Shown: in pieces, positions 1 to 13,946 of the stretch | Numbering within the stretch: position 1 is the first letter of the stretch | How the letters are laid out: the number at the start of each line of letters is the position of its first letter | DNA from: Oopsacas minuta | Lineage: Eukaryota; Animalia; Porifera | Assembly: GCA_024704765.1 (NCBI GenBank) | Contig: JAKMXF010000342.1 | Coordinates: 62,001 to 126,000, forward strand | Direction: 5' to 3' | Length of the DNA: 64,000 nt | Notes under the pieces: generated by a model | What the model was told of the DNA's origin: nothing | What the model saw: the letters and a program-made list of their open reading frames with translations, nothing else | Databases searched by the model: none | Made by a program: the position numbers and the translations under genes

Positions 1-1149
1 CAAGTTGAATAATTTTACAATCAATAGGATAGATGCAGTGGTGTAGGTATGGTGGTTTGCATCATCTGAATTTGTTCTTACTAATGTAGGCTGAAAATAT
101 AGCTCTCATCAAGGAGGTTCTAACGGAAATATATACAGCTTGCAAACCGAACCTAAATAAGTGCAAGACTAGATGACTAACCCAACTTTGCCCAGAGGTA
201 CCGAAAGCAAAGAGTCGCACATACACGAGTCCAAGAATCGTGCGAGGCTTGAGGCTAAATACGAATACCACCGAAATGTAATTCAATGTATCATTCATGT
301 GTCTATCATGTTTAATCTAACTAGTAACTACAAGAATATTCAAAGCTCTCCTAGAAAGATCAAAACATTTTAGGCTAAGACAAATTTCAAAAATGTTCGG
401 AATTTTGGAAATATTTTCAGAAATACAAATTGATATTCAAGAAAACAATAAGATTGAATGAGTTGAAATTAGTAGGATCCGTACTATAAGATGGCAGCGT
501 GCAAAGATTGAAAACAATCGAAGATGTTTTGATCAATAATTGCACTGATGATATTTTGGGAAGTAAAAAAAGGTTGTAACTGTGCATTGTGACTTAGAAA
601 ATTATATAAAACCAAGTCTATTTCATTTAAGGTGGTTTAATACCCCACTAAAAACCAAAATTTAATAGTAAATGCAATAAATATTTTTTGCCAAGTATTT
701 AATTATGGTACTAACAGGAATAAAATTTCAAAAGCCAACCAGGAGTGTTGCTTCCCGCTAAATACCGTACCCCAGCAACAGCATGTGAATTGCAAATCTA
801 TAATAAATATTCAACAAGTAGAAAATGGTCAATAATGTTGTATATTGTACAAAAGTACGCGAACGTTCTAGGCTAGCGGAATAGTAAAGAAGTGTTAATC
901 CAGGATTACTTCGTTGGAGATGTAACATGGAAATGGGTTTTTGCAAGTTGCGTCCAAACCAGTCAATGGAAATTAAACAGAATCGTTTAAGTTTAGTCGT
1001 AGAAATATGCCTCACACCAGAGACTCGCTTCTGCCTTAACAGGAATTCTTGCTCCCGCTAAGTTATTCGGATCGAACAAATCCAACTAACGTAATCACAT
1101 CAGATAAAAGGTAATCCACTGATATCATGGAGACAAATATGTTTCGGTT

Positions 1150-1700
1150 GCTGTATTAAGAGTTAATAAGAAATAGATGCCCGAATTTTCAAGAGGCCAG
1201 GATCCTGAAAATATATGAACAATATACTGTGATTATTTTTCCAATATTTCCATCATAACCACCATTTATACACAATTTTATTGTATTTGGCATCCTGAAA
1301 TGTAATTCTCTCAGACTCAGCTGGAACCAAGCAAGTTTTAGAAAATTTCAAGCATCGAAAAGAGAGTGCGATAAACGCCAATGGATTTATACGATATATA
1401 TTCTATCGGATTCAGATCTGCAGAGTTACCTGGCTATGTACTCTTTGCATGGAAACAACTAATTTGATTAAAGCATCACTGTTGAGATACTCTTGGTGAT
1501 CTGACAGTGTGTGTGGGGGCACTGTCCATCTTAAAAGTAGCTAGTGAAATGTCTAGTAGAATCTTTCGAGTCAAAATATTACAATCTTCTGGCTTAAATA
1601 TGCTTCCAGGGCACTATAATATGGTGTAAATATAAAATAAATAGCTAGAAAGTACCTAAAATAGTCTTGTAAAAAACTTTGAGAAAGAAACAGAAGCAGC
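1150..1700 (-). pseudogene. Degenerate Tc1-like transposase C-terminal fragment
   Basis: Minus-strand translation gives FKMDSAPTHT (QQDxAPxH motif) and PGNSADLNPIE at 1401-1433 (WPxxSPDLNPIE motif). Boundaries are approximate and no TIRs were seen. Confidence 0.6.
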
Positions 1701-1994
1701 AAGTAATAATATATGTAAACTAAGGTCATTTTCACAAGCCACTAAATTCAAAAAATAGAAAAATATTCAAAATTGCTCGGCCTAGCTAGAACGACAGTAA
1801 CTATGACAACTCAATAACAAATTTACAATGATTATTCTATAGCCATATTATGGTAAAAAGTAAGAAAAGATAAGTAGATAATATATGAAAATAATAAAGT
1901 ATTCCACATTATACAGAACATATTGGAGCGATAACACTGAGGCCAAAAGATACATTCCACAGGTGCTATCAGCTATCGGATTGCGAAAATTACA

Positions 1995-3525
1995 TCAGTT
2001 TTTATCCATATTTTTGCAATTTTAGCTTAAAACTTCAGAAAAATGATATACATTCTTCACATATGCATTAAATGATAATTCTTTATGCAAGAATGTGTTA
2101 AGTGATCCAAATATATATTCTTGGAAAAGTGATTGGTCCTAGGGTATTCAAACTAATGAGGGTAAAGATTTCGGCAAGGTGTCCCCACCCTCACCATGAC
2201 TTCACAAACCTAAAATGTCCGAATTTTCCCAAAAGACCATTTGTCTATTTAACAACTTCAAATAGTAGGTCTACACAAGTTCAGAAAAAGCTACTTGATT
2301 AGCCAAGTATTTTCAGATATATGAGGAAATATGAGTTACGTCATTACATCAAACGTAACCAAGATTACAATAATCGAATAGTAGCTTGAAATATACTATT
2401 TCTATTGATCTGTATTGTTATTTTCAATAAAGTTTATAGCTTCTTAACTCATATGTGCACAAGGTATTGCAAGATTATACTGACTACAGGCTTCGCTTGC
2501 TAGGTTTGCGCGCCAGTTTCGTGCTTCAGGTTGGATTAAGTCAAAATAGCTAAATTTCCTGATGGTTTAGGTCACTTCGCGAACGGGTAGTATACTCGGC
2601 AGCACTAGCCACGAGGAAAACATTTTGTGGAATATGTATGTTTATGATCCATGATCAACACAAATTCCATTTAATGGCATTCTGTGGTAATACTGTAACA
2701 ACTACATAGCCGCTGATTAGTAATCTGGGCCCCTTATGCATCGGGTAATAAGAAATTCTGAAATAGCTGGTATGATATCTATGAACGATTGAAGCGATTT
2801 TCACTAATATCTTCTAAACTTTACAAAATTATTTATCAAAGTGCTGTACTGACAGACATCAAACCAATCCCAAACCTGACAATCCCAATTATTCAGATAT
2901 CTAGCCATGATCAAATACATTTTCACTAAATTCTGTAAAAGTCGGACAAAAAGCACAAAAAATCAGGACTACTCAAAATACTATTGCGGTATCACTAAAT
3001 CCTTGTAGATTTAATTCATATCCGATATTGTGAATTAATACACATAGAGAACATAAATATTAGTAAGCGAATTAAGATATAAATAAAAGAGGAAACTGAG
3101 GCACCCCATAATATATATACAGACAGACGTACAGCTTAATTGCTTTTCATTAGTATGAATCATTGCAGTCTTAGTAAAGTGCTGCTATGATGATGAAATA
3201 TATATTTAGCTATAAATCTGAAATATTTAACTAAACAAGTAGCTTTCTACAGGTCGCATGAATACAAAACTGATTGATGGTATAAAATAAATAAATAGAT
3301 AAATAGCTGGATAGAAAATTAGTTTTGTGAAGCCATGGTGAAGGTGGGATCACCTGACCGAAAATTTTAAAATTCGATATTTTTGAATAACGTGGGACCA
3401 ATAACTTGGCTAAAAATACAGAATTGAAGCACTTAACGCATAAGCGACTAAAGAATGATCATTAAATGCATATATGAATAATAAATATCAATTTCCTGAA
3501 GCTCTAAAATAAAACTGGAGAAAAT
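1995..3525. repeat. Old long inverted repeat, arms about 1995-2335 and 3195-3525
   Basis: Reverse complement of 2160-2215 (tttgtgaagtcatggtgagggtggggacacc) matches 3320-3360 (tttgtgaagccatggtgaaggtgggatcacc). Similarity continues in colinear blocks for about 300 bp. Confidence 0.6.
2600..2765 (+). repeat. Partial copy of a roughly 330-bp dispersed repeat also at 15429-15765 and 23405-23728
   Basis: Shared blocks: cgaggaaaacattttgtggaa, aattccatttaatggcattctgtggtaatactgta and agaaattctgaaa. Confidence 0.55.
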
Positions 3526-3564
3526 AGTTCACGGTTTCATATCTAGCGAACTGGGTTATAAATA

Positions 3565-3860
3565 GGTTACAAAGTATCCAGAACGCAGCTATTAGGTTAT
3601 ACCTGGAAACAATAAGTATGAACATATTGTCCTTGTGTTGAAAAGCTTTCATTGGTTACAAGTGTGAGCTCAAATTGAGTAAAATATTGCAGATACTTTC
3701 AAAGATAGATGTGGCAGTAGCCCATTACATCTTAATACTTGAATAAGGTTTCTAATTGTCGTTATTACCTCAGATCTACATGATCCAACCTACTTCTCCA
3801 ACCTAGATCTAGGTTGAAAAAAAGCGATTGTGAACTTTCATATGCCACGCCTCGACTTTG
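3565..3860 (+). pseudogene. L2/CR1-like LINE reverse transcriptase C-terminal remnant
   Basis: Translates, with frameshifts, to INRLQSIQNAAIRL...EHIVLVLKSFHWLQV, matching the LQxVQNAAARL...HITPVLxxLHWLPV motif. Confidence 0.65.
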
Positions 3861-4479
3861 GAATTATCTTCCTGAAAATATAAGAAACTCTGTATATATA
3901 GAAACCTGCAAAAGACGAATCAAGACCTTCCTATTTATAAACATTATTTGCATACATTCTCTCTCGCACTGATTACATTTTCGTATTAATCTTGCATATC
4001 CATTCTTTCCAACTATTAACGCTTTGCGACGAATTTGTGCAAAGTGTTCTGTATGATGTTTTATTATGATTATCATCATAATAAAGTATGACAAAATTTC
4101 ATTTGTGCCATTTTCAAAGTTGATCTTATTAACTAGAAAATTTGCTATAAAATTGGAAATCAATATTTAGAAAGTAAAGGTAAAAAATTAATAATATATT
4201 CAGATTTGAATTCTACCCAACATGTAGTAGATTATATTATTTGTACGAATTTTCCCAGAATTCCATTCATTACTCAGTGAGATATAGCCACTAATCTATT
4301 TGTGTCGCTCAACTAAACTCTGCTCCAAGAAATTCTAGAACTTCACAAATGACTTCAAATATATTCGAATCAATATATATGATTCATTTATCATGTCAAC
4401 TCATCTGCAACCAGTATGTAAGAATTCGTGGTATTTCGTACCATATGTCTACATGTGCCACAAGTGGCACAGACAGAAA

Positions 4480-5660
4480 CGTAGCTACATCTCTGGAAGA
4501 ATGATACGAATGCTAAAAATCGCAGAAATAAGTGTGGATTAGCAGTGATAACCTGTGTTGGATTCAAAATTGTGAAGAAATAAGCCCCTGTTATGCTCCT
4601 TCGAATACTTAGATAAATATTGACGACATTCAACCATCACAAGCATGTAAAGGGTCCTACTAACCGTTGTGGCCATTCGGTTAGATCTAGTTATTACGAC
4701 TGAGATGGACATCGGTAACTTCTAACCCATTCACAGTTTCTCTGATACCTCATCTAATCAGTCGTAAGTTATTAGTAAAGTTTGTTCTCCCCGCAATCAT
4801 CTCCATAAGATTCAGTATCCTCAAGAAACATAAAGTCAATCATCATTGATAATTCCATAAAGGAATTTGATTTTGACCCCTCTACCTATAATGATGACTC
4901 TGTTGATCGATTAGTGAATATGTACAATTCAAACCTAAAGAAGGTGTCTAAAATCCATGCGCTGTTCAAACAGAGAATGGCACTGAGTGTGAGATAATAA
5001 ACTTGTATGCAACCAGAATAAGACTCAATTTATTTACTTCACATCTAAATTTAAGTGGTGTCTGAGATCTGTGTGTATAGATTTCAGTTCTGAAATTCTA
5101 CATCCTACCAACACTGTTCGAAACTTGTGTGTCCTTTAGGCAATCATCAAATTAAGAGATCTCAAATTAGCAAGTATGCAGTTCTATTGCCTCTTCTCTT
5201 AACAAGCTTGGTCGTTTAGTTGATTATCTAGACAACAAGCCTCCATTGAAACTTGTGCATTAGTTTATTTAAAGGAGGGTGTAGTATTGTAATTCTGTAT
5301 TCTATGGATTACTTGATCGTGAGCTGAATAGACTACAACGATTAAAGAAATCTGAAGCTCGCTTGGTATCGGGAACCAAGTAAAGTGAATATACAACTAT
5401 AGCGTTTTAAGAGCTGTAGTGGTGCCAAACAAATCTAGAATCTTATTTAAAATTCTAATATTGACATATAAAGCTCTAATTGATCAAGGTTCTTCCTATT
5501 TAAGTACCCTACTCTATCATTAGACTATGTAATTAAGGTGATAGGTCATTCTAAGTTACCGCCCATCGGTTTTAGAACTCCCTTCTAGATAGGATTAGTT
5601 GTAGTTCTATCAATTCACATAAGAATCAACGGAAGGCAAATCGTTTTACTAAGCACTTTA
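4480..5660 (+). pseudogene. L2/CR1-like LINE remnant (endonuclease piece plus RT C-terminus, internally deleted)
   Basis: HVKGPTNRCGHS.LDLVIT near 4635-4700 (APE-endonuclease motif) and RILFKILILTYKAL...YLSTLL near 5435-5520. Confidence 0.65.
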
Positions 5661-5745
5661 TGTGATACACCCCTTATATATTATATATTTGCTTTTCAAC
5701 TAAGACTCGATTTTGATTGTATTTTGTTTTGATTTATATATTTTA

Positions 5746-6167
5746 CAATGGAAGCCACTGTATCGAGACTCGGATAATTGGGATATCGCCTTAAACTGGT
5801 CAATGGTATTTAAATAGAATAGTCGTCGGATAATTGGGATATCGAATCGGTCCATCGGGATCTCTTAAACTGAATAAGAAAGCTATATTTGCTTAATTGG
5901 AATTTCTATCCCAATAAACGATCGTATATTTATTCAGAATCATTGAAATATGGTTTGTTTTTAAACTAAGAATGTTAATATTCCACAAGCATAACAATAC
6001 AACATCGAATCGATTACAATTTACAAAACTAAGATTATTAACTTTGCTCACTGGCCTCAGGTTCCATTGCCTATTCCACCATGTATAAATTACTTCAATA
6101 AACAGACTCTTGGTTATCCAAACGTTTTGCATGGTCCTATGGGTTACGGATAATTGAGGTTGCAGTT
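5746..6167. mobile_element. pogo/Tigger-type non-autonomous element (MITE), degenerate
   Basis: TA-caatggaagcc start, internal direct repeat tcggataattgggatatcg (about 5770 and 5826), right end ggataattgaggttgcag. Confidence 0.45.
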
Positions 6168-6489
6168 ATAAGTACGTACATTATTGTTTAAACTATAATT
6201 ACTTACTTCTATCTAAATTCCTATTTTTTTGAAGAAACGATTTTTATGAACTCTTGAAGCGAAACTATATTCTTACTACAACGACTTATCTCTATAGACC
6301 CTATAAAAATCAGGATAGTAGTGTAGCAGTAATTCTATTCTGTACTGTATATTTGATTTGTAAACGATTCAGGACATTTGTATGAAGCGCATTAAATGCT
6401 GTTAATATTAGTTTTCGTATTATCAGTATTTTCAAAGGTGTTCTAGAATATTAACAATAAAATAATTGGAAAGGGAATATTTAGAAAGT

Positions 6490-7303
6490 TATTGTGATTA
6501 ATCAAAATATATATTCAGCTTTGAATTCTAACGATATATTATAACTCCAAGGTAAAACATCACAATCATCGATTGCATGCAAGATATGAATAGTTTCTGT
6601 GGAAGATTAAAACTTTGGAGAACAAGGTTAGAACGCGGGGAATATGACATGTTTCCACAATTATCAGAAATGGCTAAATGCAAACTTCCGCTCGAGTTGC
6701 CTCAAATATTTACCCAGCATTTGGACATTCTGGAAGTAAAGATCAATCGAAGAGTTGATGACATTCAAAACGTTACCAAGCTGAACCTCATTGCTGATGA
6801 TGTAGCTGAAATTGGCAACAAAGGACAAGAAGAATGCTACAAAACGTGATCTTGAGAGATTTGGATATATTGATTTCTGGATTAGTAAAGGTAGGAAACT
6901 TGCACCAATTCTAGCCATAGTAGTAACCAAAGACATAATATTGCCACTTGTAACCACCTCCTTTGAGCAAAATGCGTTCAGTGCTGAGACAATAATTAAA
7001 ACAAAAACAAGAAATAGATTGGATTCCCACACTGATTGACGGATTGCATTCACTAAATTATCGCCCAATTTTAAAAATTAACACAAAGCAAAGGAAACCA
7101 TTAATAACAAGAAAAATATTACATTACGAGACATTTTCATCGTGATATCAAACATGAATTATATCACTTGATTGTTGGCTAAGAAACATATATATTTTAA
7201 ACATAAAATTTGGATAATACAACGCAAATCAATTGTTAGGAGTCGGCAAGGTTCGAAATGGAACAAAAAGGGGTCCGTGGTTGAAAAAGGTTGGGGAACA
7301 CTG
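6490..7303 (+). pseudogene. hAT (Charlie/Buster-type) transposase 3' remnant with right TIR
   Basis: ORFs 6577-6849 and 6812-7039 give SFCGRLKLW...YDMFPQL and LPLVTTSFEQNAFS...IKTKTRNRLD (hAT dimerisation domain). Right TIR aaaaaggttggggaacactg ends at 7303. Confidence 0.75.
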
Positions 7304-9399
7304 AGTTAAGTGACCGATATATAAGAGCGTCTAACAACATTTTCAGAAATAGAAATTACAAACTTCCTGAAAAAAGAAAATCTTTCAATAAACAAAATTC
7401 CAGGAAAGAAGCTCACTAACACATACTTGTTATGGATAGAATAAAATATGGCCTTGGAAGTAATATCCTAGACTGACAATACAAGACAGGAAGGTAATTA
7501 TCAATATATAATCCTGTGTTTAACGCAAGTAACAATAAACACAGATATTGTATAATGAGAACCGTGACATAGAATAATATTTGCTGTCAAATGGTTGGTC
7601 TAATAGATTTAGCATATAGTCTCATTAAAACTTCACCCAATGACTACTAAAAAAGTGCAAACAATGAATCTAAACTATAGTGATTTCTCCATAAGAAAAT
7701 GATGAATAAGAATTTAGATGATGTATAAATACCAGTGAAAGTTAAGGAAGAAAAGAAATGCCCGTTTTCGAGGTAACATTGAGGTTAACATCGATAAACA
7801 TAAATATCGAAAATGTGAGTTGCCAAATTACAAGCAATTAAAAATCTCTAAAATACTGTACATATAAGTGCAATCTGAATTCACATCAATTTACGAAATA
7901 TTCAGTGATCGGACATAATCCGCTCTACGATTACAGTTCAATAACTTTAGGTACTCGCTCGTGGTCACTTCGATAATAAAACATACATTACTGTTGACAA
8001 GAATTGCATGGAAATTAGGCGGTACAATTAATTAATATCACTGTGGCTTGACGTACCAAATATTTGTTATTAACTCATTTAATTTGCAATTATTTACGGT
8101 TACGAATAAATCAATTTTAAGACCAAGAATTGAAATAATTGCAAATTTTCATTCGTTAAGTGATAGCTTGAACATAATAGTAGAGATATTTGACTAGTTA
8201 AGCGAGAATGGACCAGTAATGTGCAAACATTCCAAATCATAATGTGTCTAAACCACACCGAGTGACACATTCATTGAATCAGCTGGGATAGCAGAGTCTA
8301 GTTTTACACAAATCGGCCCCAAAAGCCCTTTAAGACGATTATGTAATATCGTGCCTCACTATATCCTAATTCCTTAAGAAACAATCACAATGAATAAATA
8401 AATACATTTTAGAAGTAAATCACGTTACTTGTTCAAAATAACAGATGTTAAAATGACTCAGATTAGGCCAAACTGTCGCCATGTGTGTAAATTCAAGTAC
8501 ATAAAGTACCCAGTGAATATAAATTGGAGAATTGCCATCTGAATATGATGCTTGCATGTTAGAAATGATGTGCTGTTACTAGACGATATAACTCAAAATA
8601 TTTTGTACCACATGAGACGATGTAACAATAAGAAATAAACGTGAAAAATACAAGAAATTAGGAAGCAGCGAGGCACGATCCCGAAGACTCCTGTTAAACG
8701 GCCAATTAGAAGGCCTATAGGCGCGTAAAAGAGACTCAGGTAGATCAGATGTGTCGAAAATGACTCGATATGGTAAGGAAGCAGTATGGGTTGGATATTA
8801 GCCTGGTTCCAAATTCCTGAAAAGTGGTCAGGAAATACGGTGTTGAGGCATTTATTGATAATTTTGTGAAGTGTTTTTAGGTAATTCAAACCTAAGGAGA
8901 CCGAAATTAGTGTTCTCAAGCTGAAATATGATGCAATAACCTCGAAAGATAATTTTTAATAAGAGACTGTAGACGAATTCACTGGTAGGTATATTCTCAA
9001 GGCGATAACCATTTCAAATATCATCGAAATAACTTCTACAACCAGATTCAAACTCAGCACCAAATTTCCAGTAAGTTGATGGGACACTTGAAAATTTTAC
9101 GGCCACTTTTTGAGAATGGAATGTACTACATTCCCACGTTGTCAACAATCATTGCCATGTAACCCCTATAATGAAAGGAAAGTCACGCAGAATACGAAAT
9201 TGTCATAGAAAATCGATACTACTAATAATATGAAAGTTAATTAAAATCTAACGTTGCGAGATCCAAACAAGTAGATTAAATTACTTGTAACTTAATAATA
9301 TTAAAATTAGATAAACATGAATATCAAAACACTAAATTGTGAGTATATTACTTTACGTGAGAATATCAACATTCAGACTGCAATCAGATATTTCTAAGC

Positions 9400-9633
9400 A
9401 AGGCCCATCCTTCAAAAGCTGCTTGAATATTTTTGGCCAGCAAGAAGCTCGCAAAAAGCAAAGATTTCCGGGATAAACTATGGTTCGATTTCAATATTCC
9501 CAAGTTGTAACTGGGGACAATTCAAAACAGTAACCTGAGACTACGGAGTTGTACTAACAAATAAATGCGGATCACAATGGGAGTATTTATAGGCCGGCCG
9601 CATACTATTCTACTAAAGGGTTGAGAACCACTG
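9400..9633 (+). mobile_element. hAT-type right terminus remnant
   Basis: Ends in ggttgagaaccactg, the reverse complement of the Charlie-type CAGTGGTTCTCAACC. No matching left end was identified. Confidence 0.4.
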
Positions 9634-9968
9634 CATTAGGATGATAACATATAATTCAGGGAAAACGATAGTGTCATATAGAGTTTAATTAACAGAAATT
9701 CATTCTCAAGTCCAATTGATAAATAAAATATTCCTTAAAGTAACGAAGTGAGGAGAGACAGACAAGGCACTTACTCCAGATATTTATAATAAGTCGATGT
9801 GTCAAATTAAGTGACAAAATTTTGGTCAAATCGTCAATTGTGCATACTGTATAGGACATAATATAAATATTACCTTGAAATTGTTCAATGGGATCTCGTG
9901 AACACGATGTACAACAATCGTTTAAATAGCTCTAGAGTTCATCAAATGAAAAAAAGGATTCTCATGTA

Positions 9969-11546
9969 CAGTCAACTCCGGGATACATCTGTTCAAACCC
10001 TTTTGTCCCGATAAAGTGGATTCCAAATTAACCAGAGATTTCGAGTAATGATACTAAAAAGGATCAATTTTCAATTTTTCAGTCGCAGAGTCTCCCGAAG
10101 CAAGTTAACCACTCTATTGCTGAGTAATACCCAAATAAAGTACAAACCTTGAAAAATTTGGATCGTTTAGTGCCTTTCGTGAATCAATATTGATAACAAT
10201 CACTAATAAATACTTGAGGCATTCAAAAACGTCGCATCCTTAGTTAATAGCAGCCAAACTCTACTGGATTACATGAAATGCATAGTATATTCCAATAGTC
10301 CTATCGATTACCTATTTAAAGGTGTTGAGCAATTCACTGTAGCTATTATATATCTTGATATGGTCTACTTTCAATTTACCTATTTCCGAGAGTCAACTTT
10401 TTCATGGCCTCAAAACACATATCAAGCAAAACCGAACAACGAGCTTACATAAAGATTCGTACAGTACTCGGCGACAAATCACTACAGATAAATGAGGATC
10501 TCGTCACAATTTATCATGGGGAAGGTATAGCATATCAAACTGTAAAGGAATGGGCACGTAAAAGAATGGTTGGGGCAGCATTGAAGATGGCCCTTGGATC
10601 GGAAGACCAATTCCGCTACCGCCCCTGAAATTGCCTCTCAAATTCTGGAAGTATTGGATATTGACCCCATTTGAGCGTGAAGAGATTGCCCTAATCCCGG
10701 ACATTTCATCGAGAAATATCAATACAATTCTACACGATTATCGCGAATATCGAAATATTTCAGCGCGATGGATACAAAAACCCTCACAAAGGGGCAAAAG
10801 GAGAAGAGGGCTTTATGTGTGAAAAAATTGCTAAAAGAAAATAGAGCTTGTGATGCTCGGAGGTGATGTGAAATCGTTATTGGTTTCGAAACTTGGATTA
10901 AATTTTCTGAACCTCTGCGTAGGAACAGAGCAAATCATAGCTCTCAAAAGGTTCCCATCCCCGAAAAGGCACGTTCGGACTTCGAGACGATAAGGTTCTC
11001 TACAGTATATTCTTTGATGCCTATGGGTCAGTGGCTCTAATACCTGTGCCTAAAGGAGAACGGCTCAATGGAGAATTTTATACAGATAAATACTAAGAGA
11101 AGTCAAGGAAGTCTAAAACACGACGTCCGCGTGAAGTAACTCCTTTCCCAAGATCAATCACCCTATGATTTCTGGATATTTCCTGAGCTGAAAAAACTTC
11201 TCGGTGGACGGCTATTTCATACCCGACAAGAGCTAGGAAACGGAATTACAACTAGCTCAGTTCAGTGGACAGAGGAGAGTATGAGAAATTTGATTATTAA
11301 ATTGTAGTAGTGTCAAGATATCAAACAAAGATCGAAACTTTTTGAAAGCCCTAAGGTGAATTTCTTAAATCAAGACAACTTTCTCCTTAATTGAGATACT
11401 AAATTTCACTGAATTACCAGGGTTTGTCAAGATTAACCGAAAAGATTTAGTGCTAACTTGAATGGAGATGAGTTTGTTCCTTGAGATTAGTCCCAATTAA
11501 GCGGATTTCACGATTAACCAGCGTCCGAATTAAGTGGAGTTAACTG
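9969..11546. mobile_element. pogo-type MITE carrying a nested mariner remnant
   Basis: TA-cagtcaactcc at 9969 and ggagttaactg-TA ending at 11546 (TIR, TA duplication). Confidence 0.6.
10320..11350 (+). pseudogene. Degenerate mariner (DD34D-type) transposase
   Basis: EQRAYIKIRTVLG...AYQTVKEW (HTH), IFFDAYG...PKGERLNGEFY and pyDFWIFPELKK.LGGR. Many frameshifts. Right-end aaacttttttgaaagccct. Confidence 0.8.
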
Positions 11547-11899
11547 TAATAACATTTAGGAATTTCACTTACGAGAAATGGAGATAATTTTCAGCACTAT
11601 TGTATGCTGTTACAGGTAGAGTAATTTATACTAACAAGCATGCATCAACTGTAATATAGTTATCATCTAGGTCGCAGGGATTTATCTAGGTGCTTGGAGA
11701 ACACATAAAGCGCGAATACAGCAGACATGACGTGACGACCGTGAGATTCAAATTAGTATAGGATCACTATGTGATAGCTTAAAAAGTGCCATCCTAGCCA
11801 TAAAATCATGGATAAACACTTGCTCTTGCACATAAATAACAGAGTATGTGGATAAAGATACCAAATTGACCATGTTGAGTAGTATATTGAAGGAAATGG

Positions 11900-12340
11900 T
11901 AATTTAGCCTGCAAATTCAGAATTAGATAGCAAACAAAGATTCATAGCTTGGAAGACGAGTTGATCTTGTATTTGAGAGAAGACACGGAAGACCAAGCCG
12001 AATAGTGGTAGACTGTGTGGAATAGTATAATGGACATCCGGGTAGAATTGACGATACTACAACTCCTTCAGCATTCGATACTTGCGGAGGGCATCTCAAC
12101 AAGTGCCATCTGCATTTGGTACTCCATGTGCAATTGTATATACTCAATGTCTCCCTATCCGAAATGCTTGAAATACAAATGAACAGTTTGAGATCAGTAA
12201 CATCTTCCTGGTGTAGAGCCCGAAGTAAATAGTCTCTTATGGCTTGTGTGGCAATGAAATATCGGGAACTTACTAATTGTCATAGACTTGGGACAGAACT
12301 GTGAAGGGGCACTGTAGGTGTAGAAATATAGTTGACAAAA
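11900..12340 (-). pseudogene. THAP-domain/P-element transposase N-terminal remnant
   Basis: Minus strand gives LRALHQEDVTDLKLFIC and SILPGCPLYYS. These match the THAP domain at about 60300-60484 (LRALHREDIKDLKSVFVC) and the linker DIFPGCPSYYS at 35987. Confidence 0.65.
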
Positions 12341-12607
12341 ATTGCAAAACGAATACATATTATATGTAAATGTTTAACAATTATGGGGAAATAAAACAAA
12401 AATGTAAATATTTGCATTTATGAGCTAAAACTAAAGTAAAATACACAAGTAAAAACAGCCGATGCCTAGGTAAAGAAATCACTAAAAACACAAATACATA
12501 CCTTAGAATAAGCTATTACACCCTACAATTCTAATTACTCACATCTATACTATTCGAATACAATTAATCTGCATGTAGGTATGTATGTGTACATATATAT
12601 ATATATA

Positions 12608-13916
12608 CAGGGTGGCCCATAAGTTCTGTCCCACAGATAAAAGGTCATAATTTTGGCAAAACTCACTGAAATGACTTAAAATCTTAACACAATAACGTAC
12701 ACATTATTTGGATAATAATATATTAGGCTTATTCAATATATCCACCTTTTTTCTTAATTACAGCCCTAAGTTGTGAAGGAACAGCCTCTACTGCCATTCG
12801 CATGGTTTCCTGAGGGATTTCATTCCAAGCACGTATTATTGATCGCTTCAGGGCCTCCAAATTTTTATGGGATTTACAACAAGCCTTTGTTTGTAATATA
12901 GACCAAACTGAGAAGTCTAGAGGGTTAAGGTCCGGACTAGATGGGGGGCCATTCCTGTTTGGAAATAAAGTCAGGAATTTCGTAGTGAAGCCTGCTTTGA
13001 GTGGTATTTGCTGTATGAGCAGGGGCATGTCTTGTTTGAACAAAAAGGGTTCATTGTTAAACATCGACTTGCTAAGATCTTTGACTATATGCTTTATAAC
13101 AAGGTCTTGGTAAGTTTGAGCATTTATTTTACCCCAGTTGAAATGAAAACTATTGGAGTCCGGCCAAGTGAAGATATTCCAGCCCAAACCATAACAGAAC
13201 ATGGTTTCTGTACTCTTTTTACATATCTGTACTCCTCAGGATGGTAGACGCTGTAGAAGACAATATTCTTTCGTTTTGTTGATTATAAGCTTTCTCTATC
13301 GTAAATAATTTCTCATCTGAGAACAAGACATGATCAAGACCTTGGATAGCGAACCGGTCAATGAGGCCTTTGCTTCTCTTCAGCCTCTTCTCCTTCATTA
13401 CCTTTGAAAGATAGTGTACTTTAAGTTTTGTAAATGAGGATAAAATTAGGTCTCTTTTGACAATTCTTTGGAGGGAAGAACGAGATACCTTGAGCTCTGC
13501 TGCCATTTTTCTCACGGATCGACTGGGATTTCGCCATACACGACCCCTTACGATCTTCCTCATCCTTGTTGTCGTTACAGATGCGGGACGACCAGATCTG
13601 GGCTTGTCAGAGACGCTGCCAGTATCTTTATACCTATTAATGGTACGGTATACAAACTTTCGCCTCGTTTTAGGAACATTGAGAAATTTCAAAATTTCAC
13701 TTTGATCTTTCCCTTTTCGATATAATTCGATAATTGTCAACCGTTCCGTTTCCATCGAGGAATTTGTCTAGCTAAAACTATGAGATGTTAAGATGAACAG
13801 TTTAGAATACTTATAAGACTATATAGAAACTTGAAAAGCAAAACCAATTACCTGGCTTTACCATAAAATCTATGGTTATGTATTAAAGTATGAGACAGAA
13901 CTTATGGGCCACCCTG
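12608..13916 (-). mobile_element. Full-length maT/DD37D-type Tc1/mariner element, frameshifted
   Basis: TIR cagggtggcccataagttctgtc at both ends with TA TSD. ORFs 13219-13755 and 12729-13202 contain FSDEK and SSPDLNPLDFSVW. Confidence 0.92.
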
Positions 13917-13946
13917 TACATACATATAGAAATAGAAATATACATA

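Noticed and set aside
1-373. Terminal exon(s) of a host gene (AENIALIKEVLTEIY...)
   Set aside because: An acceptor-like site is present, but there is no convincing in-phase donor and no recognisable homology.
11940-12150. Gypsy integrase (GHPG motif on the plus strand)
   Set aside because: The same bases read on the minus strand as PGCPLYYS next to a clear THAP domain match, so a P-element origin explains them better.
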